From contig JACCSC010000253.1 in NCBI GenBank assembly GCA_013813215.1, forward strand, positions 1 through 32,966: a DNA stretch of 32,966 nucleotides, written 5' to 3'. Position 1 is the first letter of the stretch; the number at the start of each line of letters is the position of its first letter. A program made the position numbers and the translations under genes. Positions 19,599-25,656 of this stretch are shown here, piece after piece. The notes under the pieces are model-generated. The model was not told the DNA's origin. It worked only from the letters and a program-made list of their open reading frames with translations, and made no database searches. The stretch comes from Geodermatophilaceae bacterium (lineage in GTDB: Bacteria > Actinomycetota > Actinomycetes > Mycobacteriales > Geodermatophilaceae).

Positions 19599-20119
19599 GC
19601 GCTGACCGGGGTGCTCACGCCGACGCCACCGCGGGTCTGCCCGCCGAAGCGCTGCTTGTCCTTGACCAGGTCGAGCGGGGCCAGGGTGGAGCGGGAGTCC
19701 AGAATGTCCTGGGTCAGCAGCTCGGCCGGCACGAGCCAGGACACCTCGAACTCCAGGCCGTCCGGGTCCTTGGCGTACAGCGCCTTGGTGGTCCCGTGGT
19801 CGGTCGCTCCGGCCAAGGCACCGAGCTCGCTCAACACGCCCTCGATCCGCTCCAGCTCGTCGAGGGTGTCGACCTCCCAGGCCAGGTGGTACAGCCCGAC
19901 GGCGCCGCGGCCGGCCGGCGAGGCCAACGCGCCGGCGCCGACCTCGAACAGGCCGAGGTCGTGGTCGTTGGTCGAGCCGCCGGCCCGCAGGAACGCCGCA
20001 CCGCGCAGCTCGGCCATCCCGTCGATCGGTGCGAACCCGAGCGCGTCGGCGTAGAACTGCACGCTGCGTTTGACGTCGCGGACGTAGAGCACCGCATGGT
20101 TCAGGCGTTGCACCGGCAT
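19595..20119 (-). CDS. VOC/glyoxalase-family (extradiol-dioxygenase-like) protein
   Basis: 174 aa. MPVQRLNHAVLYVRDVKRSVQFYADALGF...HDLGLFEVG...GLYHLAWEV follows the VOC fold pattern. Confidence 0.85.
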   Translation of the reverse strand: MPVQRLNHAVLYVRDVKRSVQFYADALGFAPIDGMAELRGAAFLRAGGSTNDHDLGLFEVGAGALASPAGRGAVGLYHLAWEVDTLDELERIEGVLSELGALAGATDHGTTKALYAKDPDGLEFEVSWLVPAELLTQDILDSRSTLAPLDLVKDKQRFGGQTRGGVGVSTPVSA

Positions 20120-20129
20120 GATCTTCTTC

Positions 20130-20149
20130 TTTATAGTTGACGGGTCAAC
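20130..20149 (-). promoter_or_regulatory. Putative -10 box (TATAAA) with an adjacent perfect palindrome GTTGAC-GG-GTCAAC
   Basis: The minus strand reads GTTGACCCGTCAAC-TATAAA-gaagaagatc-ATG. The -10-like hexamer sits 10 nt before the VOC start codon, which implies a near-leaderless mRNA. The 14-bp dyad at 20136-20149 abuts it. Confidence 0.3.
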
Positions 20150-20182
20150 AGAACGCGTATGGCCATCGGCCCATTCCCCGGG

Positions 20183-20632
20183 TCACGGGTTCGCGAGCAC
20201 CTCCTCGGCCGCATCCACTAACAGCTGAGCTGCTCGCATCGCTCGCTTGACCTGTCCCGCTCCGATCACCTCGATGCCGTAGTGGGCTTGATCCTTGATG
20301 CCGAGGGCCTCGGCGAGCGCTCGGCTGGCCCTTCGGGCCCGATCAGTCTTGATGTCCTTGTCACCCGGCCCCCACCGCGCAATTTCGAGTAGGGCGATGG
20401 CCTCGCGATGATCCTGTCCTCGGGCTCGCTGGTGAAGCAAAGCGCAGCAGATGGCGTCACTGGCCGCGATGGCCGCAAGGACCGCGGTGCCTGCACGGGC
20501 ACTGTCGAGGCGGCCGCCGCCTTCGGGCTCCTCCGCAGCCGAGCCGGCTAGCCGGAGGTAAGCCACCGCTTGCTGCAGCCGGGCCCGTGCCTCCTTCACA
20601 CCGCATTCAGAGCGTCGTCCGCGTGGAGTCAC
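20183..20632 (-). CDS. HEPN-domain protein (putative toxin of a MNT/HEPN module)
   Basis: 149 aa from the GTG at 20632, which overlaps the MNT stop codon (GTGA). It is helical, with CCALLHQRARGQDHREAIALLE containing an R-x5-H HEPN-type motif. Confidence 0.6.
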   Translation of the reverse strand: MTPRGRRSECGVKEARARLQQAVAYLRLAGSAAEEPEGGGRLDSARAGTAVLAAIAASDAICCALLHQRARGQDHREAIALLEIARWGPGDKDIKTDRARRASRALAEALGIKDQAHYGIEVIGAGQVKRAMRAAQLLVDAAEEVLANP

Positions 20633-21246
20633 AACCCCGCCACCCGGAGGATGTCGGGATGCAGTTCGGTCAGGAAATCGATATCTCGGCGCCACTCGGC
20701 GACCAGGTTGGCGTCTGAGCTGATGAGCCTTCTCAACTCAAGTCGGTTCAGATCCAGGACGTGGGCGTGATTGCCAGTCCACGATCGGATCGACGTACGG
20801 AGCTGGTGGACTTGGCGTACCCAACTCGCCGTCCCCCGCCTCGTGGGACGGACCAGCAAGACATCGATGTCGCTGTCCTCATCCCCGTCCCGTCGAGCCG
20901 CGGACCCGTACAGGGCGGCCAACTCTGGCTGTGGATCCCAGTCGCGCAGTTCGGCGACCAGCCGGCGCCTGAGCTCCCCGCGTGCGTCGAGCAGCGACTC
21001 GATCGCCGGGTAGAGGACGTGCTCGTAGTTGAGCGAGTAGCTGATGGGGTCGAATGTGGGGTCGGCAGTCACCGTGCCCTGGACGACGAGCCGGTCGAGG
21101 GCGCGACGGACACCCGCGGGGGTTCCGGAGGCGGCCTGTCGCACGATCTGCCGTGCGGACATCGGGGTCGAGCGTTGGGACAGAGCACGCAGGATGCCGA
21201 TCGAGACCGCACCCCACTGAGCTGCCGCTGGCTCGGACACGTTCAC
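20629..21246 (-). CDS. Winged-HTH plus minimal nucleotidyltransferase (MNT) protein (putative antitoxin)
   Basis: 205 aa, GTG start. The N-terminal MarR/ArsR-like wHTH reads ILRALSQRSTPMSARQIVRQAASGTPAGVRRALDRLVVQGTV. The classic MNT motif is LYGSAARRDGDEDSDIDVLLV (GS-x-x-R-x-D-x3-SDID). Confidence 0.8.
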   Translation of the reverse strand: MNVSEPAAAQWGAVSIGILRALSQRSTPMSARQIVRQAASGTPAGVRRALDRLVVQGTVTADPTFDPISYSLNYEHVLYPAIESLLDARGELRRRLVAELRDWDPQPELAALYGSAARRDGDEDSDIDVLLVRPTRRGTASWVRQVHQLRTSIRSWTGNHAHVLDLNRLELRRLISSDANLVAEWRRDIDFLTELHPDILRVAGL

Positions 21247-21270
21247 GGTGCGATACTACAGTTTCGGAGA

Positions 21271-21306
21271 GGATACGGCAGTATCCCAGTGGATACTCTG
21301 GTATCC
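21271..21306. promoter_or_regulatory. Twin 16-bp dyad operators GGATAC-N4-GTATCC
   Basis: GGATACggcaGTATCC lies at 21271-21286 and GGATACtctgGTATCC at 21291-21306, 20 bp centre to centre. An extra CGATAC half-site lies at 21251-21256. A minus-strand TAGTAT -10-like box (21258-21253) sits 6 nt before the GTG at 21246. Confidence 0.5.
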
Positions 21307-21309
21307 GGA

Positions 21310-22695
21310 TCAGTGCCGCCAGCGGGTCAGCTCGACGATCTCCTCGGCGGACATGTCGTGGGTCAGCGCGTGCTCGGCGCGGCGCATGTCGGCCACCGTT
21401 GCCGACAGTTCCGGTCCGAACCACGCCGTCAGCTCGGCGTCGCCCTCGAAGGCGGTGGCGGCCTGCTCCAGATCAGCCGGCAAGGGGAGCACTCCCCGCT
21501 CGGCGCGCTCGTTCTCGGGGATCGACGAGGGGTCGACGTCCAGCGCCGGCGGCAGGGTGGAAGCGCCGTCGATCCCGGCGTGGCCGGCGGCGAGCAGGCC
21601 GGCCAGCAGCAGGTAGGGGTTGGCGGCGGCGTCCACGCACTTGACCTCAACGTTGGCCGAGGTGGGCTCACTGCCCGTCGCGCCGGAGATGAGCCGGATC
21701 GCGGCCTCGCGGTTCTCCACCCCCCAGCAGGCGAACGCCCCCGCCCAGTGCGACGGGACGAGCCGCAGGTAGCTCGCGGCTGACGGCGCGCCCAAGGCCA
21801 GCAGGGCCGGCAGCCGATCCAGGATGCCGGCCACGAAGCCCTCGCCCGGTGCGGTCAGCCCGGCCGGGCCTGCCCCGCCGGTGAGCAGCGGGCCGTCGGG
21901 GCCGCGGACGCTGAGATGGACGTGTCCGCCGTTGCCGACGCCCTCGACGAGCACCTTCGGCGAGAACGACGTCCGCAGCCCATGCCGCTGTCCGATAGCC
22001 CGGAGCGTCTGGCGCACGAGCACCGAGGTGTCCGCCGCGCCGACCGGATCCTCGGCGGCGACCGACAGCTCGAACTGCGCCGCGCCGTACTCGGGGTGAT
22101 ACTGCTCGACCACGACTCCCTCGTCCCGCAGCGCGGTGAGCACGTCGCGCGAGTAGTCCGACAGTTCGATCAGCCGGGTCATCCCGTACGCCGGACCGCC
22201 CGCCGCTGGGATGAAGCCCGGTGCGTCGCCCCGGCCCAGAGCCCACTCGATCTCGAAGGCGGCCGACGCGATGAGGTCCTGTTGCGCGAGCTTGTCCACC
22301 GTCCGGCGCAGCAACGCCCGCGCACATTGCGGGTGCTCGCGCCCGTCCTGATCGAAGCGGTCGACCGGTGCCCAGGCCCACCCCTGCTGCCCGGCCAGCA
22401 CGGTCAGCCGGTCGAGGTCGGGATGCAGGCGCAGGTCGCCGATCGGGCCGCCGCTGTACCGACCGGACATGATCGAGTCGTCGAGCAGAAAGGCGTCGAA
22501 CGCCGGGGTCGCGCCCACGCCCCAGACCGCCGCGTGTTCGAGGCGTTCGACCGGAACCGCCTTGACCCGGGTGAGGCCGGCGTTGTCGACCCAGGTCAGG
22601 GCGACACCGACGACGTCCAGCCCGGCGAGCCGTTCCAGCGAATGCGCGGCGGCGGCCCGCCGGCGTTCCCGCTCCCGTGCGTCCAACATGCCCAT
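21310..22695 (-). CDS. Glutamine synthetase family protein (GlnA-like, possibly a gamma-glutamyl-amine ligase)
   Basis: 461 aa from MGMLDARE. Motifs include VDNAGLTRVKAVP, HPEYGAAQFELS, FSPKV..GNGGHVHLS and NREAAIR..., typical of GS type I-like enzymes. The upstream part of the track ORF is shadow sequence. Confidence 0.85.
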   Translation of the reverse strand: MGMLDARERERRRAAAAHSLERLAGLDVVGVALTWVDNAGLTRVKAVPVERLEHAAVWGVGATPAFDAFLLDDSIMSGRYSGGPIGDLRLHPDLDRLTVLAGQQGWAWAPVDRFDQDGREHPQCARALLRRTVDKLAQQDLIASAAFEIEWALGRGDAPGFIPAAGGPAYGMTRLIELSDYSRDVLTALRDEGVVVEQYHPEYGAAQFELSVAAEDPVGAADTSVLVRQTLRAIGQRHGLRTSFSPKVLVEGVGNGGHVHLSVRGPDGPLLTGGAGPAGLTAPGEGFVAGILDRLPALLALGAPSAASYLRLVPSHWAGAFACWGVENREAAIRLISGATGSEPTSANVEVKCVDAAANPYLLLAGLLAAGHAGIDGASTLPPALDVDPSSIPENERAERGVLPLPADLEQAATAFEGDAELTAWFGPELSATVADMRRAEHALTHDMSAEEIVELTRWRH

Positions 22696-22750
22696 CGGCC
22701 CAGTCTCGGCGATCGGGCTCGGCTCGTCGACCCTGGCTATCGTCCCTGAC

Positions 22751-23875
22751 GTGCCCCCGCTGTCCGACGTCGAACTGGTCGACCACCACTGCCATGGCGT
22801 CGTACGCCGCGACCTGCATCTCACCGACCTGTCGGCGCTGCTGACCGAAGGCGGCGCGGCCGCCGGTGCGGCGGGCTCGGCGTTCGACTCCCGGATCGGG
22901 TTCGCCCTGCGCCGTTGGTGCCCGCCGGTGCTGGACCTGCCGGTCCACGCCTCGCCCGAGGAGTACCTGCAGCGACGTACCGACCTGGGCTGGACCGAGG
23001 TGACCCGGCGACTGCTGCGCGCAGGTGGGGGGGCGGCGTACGTGGTCGACACCGGCTTCGAACCCGAGCCGCTGACTCCGCCGGCCGAGCTCGCCGAACT
23101 GGCCGGTGCGCCCGCCCACGAGGTGGTCCGGCTGGAGCGGCTGGCCGAGGAGGCGGTGCTGTCCGGCGCGTCGGCGGCCGGTTTCGCCGACGAGGTACGC
23201 CGTCTGCTCTGGGAGCGCAGCCGCCACGCAGTGGCCGTCAAGACGATTGCGGCCTACCGGATCGGGCTCGCTCTGGATCCCGCGCGGCCGGCGCCGGGGG
23301 AGGTCAGTGCCGCCGCCGGCCGCTGGCTGGCCGCCATCGACGACGGCGCCGCGATCCGCTGTGCGGACGAGATGGTGATCCGGTTCCTGATCTGGGAAGC
23401 CATCGACCGTGGCCTGCCCCTGCAGGTCCATGCCGGGTTGGGCGACAGCGACATCGACCTGGGGCAGTGCGACCCGCTGCTGCTTACCGGCCTGCTCCGG
23501 GTCACCGAGCCGCTCGGCGTACCTGTGCTGTTGCTGCACAACTACCCGTACCACCGGCAGGCGGGCTACCTCACGCAGGTCTTCGGACATGTGTACGCCG
23601 ACGTCGGGCTGGCCCTGCACAACGTGGGCGGAGCGGCCCGGCAGGTGCTCGGCGAACTGCTCGAACTCGCGCCGTTCGGCAAGGTGCTGTTCTCCACCGA
23701 CGCGTACGGCCTGCCCGAGCTGTACCTGCTCGGCACGACGCTGTTCCGCCGGGCGCTCGGCGGCCTGCTCGACGACGGGATTGCGGCGGGGGACTGGGCG
23801 GCCGCCGACGCCGAGCGGGTCGCGCAACTGATCGGCAGCGCGAACGCCCGGCGGGTGTACGGGCTGCCAGCCTGA
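22751..23875 (+). CDS. Amidohydrolase-family metal-dependent hydrolase
   Basis: The GTG at 22751 gives VPPLSDVELVDHHCHGV, an HxH metal motif at the N-terminus. Later motifs are LQVHAGLGD and LLHNYPY...STDAYG. It is divergent from the GS-like gene across a 55-bp gap. Confidence 0.8.
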   Translation: MPPLSDVELVDHHCHGVVRRDLHLTDLSALLTEGGAAAGAAGSAFDSRIGFALRRWCPPVLDLPVHASPEEYLQRRTDLGWTEVTRRLLRAGGGAAYVVDTGFEPEPLTPPAELAELAGAPAHEVVRLERLAEEAVLSGASAAGFADEVRRLLWERSRHAVAVKTIAAYRIGLALDPARPAPGEVSAAAGRWLAAIDDGAAIRCADEMVIRFLIWEAIDRGLPLQVHAGLGDSDIDLGQCDPLLLTGLLRVTEPLGVPVLLLHNYPYHRQAGYLTQVFGHVYADVGLALHNVGGAARQVLGELLELAPFGKVLFSTDAYGLPELYLLGTTLFRRALGGLLDDGIAAGDWAAADAERVAQLIGSANARRVYGLPA

Positions 23876-24087
23876 GGCTCAGCCGGTGGCAGGAACGCCT
23901 CGTAACGCTCCTCCAGCGATACCCGGTTCGGCGGTCTGGACGCCGACGCCCGCGGATGCGTTCCTCGACGCCGCCCGTAGGCATGTGCCGATTCCTACCC
24001 TGGTGTGTCGGTCGACAAAAGCTTGTGTCCGCTCCGGGTCGGGCAGCGTGTCTACGCTCGGGACGACGACACGGGAGCGGAGCGGTG

Positions 24088-24303
24088 ATGGCGGGCAAGA
24101 AGCTCAGCAAGGGCGACAAGGTCGAGTGGGAGACCTCGCAGGGCACGACCAGCGGCAAAGTCGAGAAGAAGGTCACCGGCCGGACGAAGATCAAGGGGCA
24201 CGAGGTCAAGGCCAGCGAGGACGACCCGCAGTACATCGTCGTGAGCGACAAGACCGGCGCCAAGGCCGCGCACAAGCCGTCGGCGCTGAAGAGGAAGTCC
24301 TGA
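24088..24303 (+). CDS. DUF2945 (hypervirulence-associated Tudor-like) small protein
   Basis: 71 aa. KGDKVEWETSQGTTSGKVEKKVT...DDPQYIVVSDKTGAKAAHKPSAL follows the DUF2945 pattern. Confidence 0.8.
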   Translation: MAGKKLSKGDKVEWETSQGTTSGKVEKKVTGRTKIKGHEVKASEDDPQYIVVSDKTGAKAAHKPSALKRKS

Positions 24304-24304
24304 C

Positions 24305-24638
24305 GTGGCTGACGACGTCACCAACGACTTCTCCGAGGCGGTGAACATGACCGCGGGGGCAGTTGGAGAAGTGGCTGGACACCGACGAGTCCAAGTCGGT
24401 CGGGCAGAAGTCCGGCAACTCCGAGTCGACCGGCCACTAGTCGGGTCGCCGCATCGTAGAGCTCCTGCGGACGAAGCAGGCCGACCACACCGACGCCGAC
24501 CGCCAGCACATGCGCAAGGTCGTCGGCTACGTCCACCGGCACCTCGCGCAGCGCCCGTCGGGAGACGCGGAGGGCACCGCTTGGCGGTACTCGCTGATGA
24601 ACTGGGGGCACGACCCGTTGGCGAAGGAAAGTGAGGCC
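24305..24638 (+). pseudogene. DUF3140-family gene disrupted by a frameshift and an in-frame amber codon
   Basis: Frame A reads VADDVTNDFSEAVNMTAG up to a G5 run at 24355-24359. The family-like sequence then continues in the +1 frame as QLEKWLDTDESKSVGQKSGNSESTGH. A TAG follows at 24438-24440, then SGRRIVELLRTKQADHTDADRQHMRKVVGYVHRHLAQRPSGD..WRYSLMNWGHDP. Confidence 0.7.
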
Positions 24639-25385
24639 ATGACCAGGCAACTCGATGACAAGGTCGCGCTGGTGACCGGCGCTTCGTCCGGGATCGGCGA
24701 GGCGACCGCGATCGCGTTGGCTGAGCAGGGGGCCGCGGTCGTCATTGCGGCCCGCCGTACCGACCGGCTGGAGTCGTTGCGCGGCAAGCTGTCCGACGAC
24801 GGTGCCCGCGTGCTCGCGGTCGAACTCGACGTCGCCGACCAGGCCGCCTGCGCAGCTGCCGTCGAGTCCACCGTCGAGGAATTCGGCGGCTTGGACATCC
24901 TGGTGAACAACGCCGGCGTCATGCTGCTCGGCCCCATCGTCGGCGCGGACACCACGGACTGGGACCGGATGATCCAGACCAACGTCCTCGGTCTGATGTA
25001 CATGACCGACGCCGCGTTGCCGCACCTGATCGAGCGGCGGGGTCACCTGATCCAGGTTTCCTCGGTGGCGGGCCGGGTGCCCTCGCGCGGCGCCGGGGTA
25101 TACAACGCCTCCAAGTTCGCGGTGAACGCGTTCAGCGAGTCGCTGCGCCAGGAGATCACCCAGCGCGGGGTCCGGGTGACCCTCGTCGAGCCCGGCATCG
25201 TCGCCACCGAGTTGCGCGACCACATCACGAACGAGGCGGCGAAGAACTCGGTGAACGCGCGAGCGGCCGAGATGCGCCAGCTGCAGTCCGCCGACATCGC
25301 CGCCGCGATCGTCTATGCGGCCACCCAGCCCGACCACGTGGCGGTCAACGAGATCCTCGTGCGTCCCACGGACCAGGGCTGGTAA
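24639..25385 (+). CDS. SDR-family oxidoreductase
   Basis: 248 aa from an ATG preceded by GAAGGAAAGTGAGG. Motifs are VALVTGASSGIGEATA (TGxxxGxG), NNAG and YNASK (YxxxK). The track ORF start at 24510 is read-through from the DUF3140 remnant. Confidence 0.9.
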   Translation: MTRQLDDKVALVTGASSGIGEATAIALAEQGAAVVIAARRTDRLESLRGKLSDDGARVLAVELDVADQAACAAAVESTVEEFGGLDILVNNAGVMLLGPIVGADTTDWDRMIQTNVLGLMYMTDAALPHLIERRGHLIQVSSVAGRVPSRGAGVYNASKFAVNAFSESLRQEITQRGVRVTLVEPGIVATELRDHITNEAAKNSVNARAAEMRQLQSADIAAAIVYAATQPDHVAVNEILVRPTDQGW

Positions 25386-25479
25386 CGCTTCTCACACCGC
25401 CGCTGCCGTCCAGGTAACCCGGGCGAAACTTCGGTGACGGACCGTCGAAGGGTCACCTTCCCGCACCCAGGAGTACGCC

Positions 25480-25656
25480 GTGCCCGTCGGAACGACCGAC
25501 GCTCTCACCGCCCTGCACGATCACTACATCCGCGCGGTCAACACCGCCATCGCCGCGGGTCGTGAACCGCTGGCCGAGGAACTGGCTCAGCAGTACGCCG
25601 ACGACGCGCTCGCGCTGATCCTGCCGGGGGACGGGATTCAGCCGGCGTCGGCGTAA
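25480..25656 (+). CDS. Small hypothetical protein (58 aa)
   Basis: Not in the track because it is under 60 aa. The GTG lies 6 nt after AGGAG and the ORF ends in TAA. About 84% of its third codon positions are G/C by my count. The sequence is VPVGTTDALTALHDHYIRAVNTAIAAGREPLAEELAQQYADDALALILPGDGIQPASA. Confidence 0.45.
   Translation: MPVGTTDALTALHDHYIRAVNTAIAAGREPLAEELAQQYADDALALILPGDGIQPASA

Noticed and set aside
22688-22750. The ATG at 22688 (MPIGPVSAIG...) as the start of the amidohydrolase.
   Set aside because: It would overlap the start codon of the divergent GS-like gene (22695). The extra peptide also has no hydrolase-like sequence. The GTG at 22751, directly before ..VDHHCHG, is more plausible.
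21668-23827. A 719-aa minus-strand ORF spanning the GS-like and amidohydrolase genes.
   Set aside because: It is an Arg/Gly/Pro-rich shadow frame. The region is fully explained by the GS-like gene (21310-22695, minus) and the amidohydrolase (22751-23875, plus).
23876-24087. The 212-bp gap upstream of DUF2945, examined for a small gene, riboswitch or gene remnant.
   Set aside because: I found no ORF with both a ribosome-binding site and coding-like third-position bias, and no convincing conserved-looking structure by eye. It is probably just a promoter and leader region.
24305-24634. The 109-aa ORF taken at face value as an intact gene, or the frame switch taken as programmed ribosomal frameshifting.
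   Set aside because: After the first 18 residues this frame turns into Arg/Pro/Gly-rich nonsense, while the +1 frame carries the family-like sequence. That frame also contains an amber codon. I saw no slippery heptamer or stimulatory structure. A pseudogene or a sequencing error is the simpler explanation.
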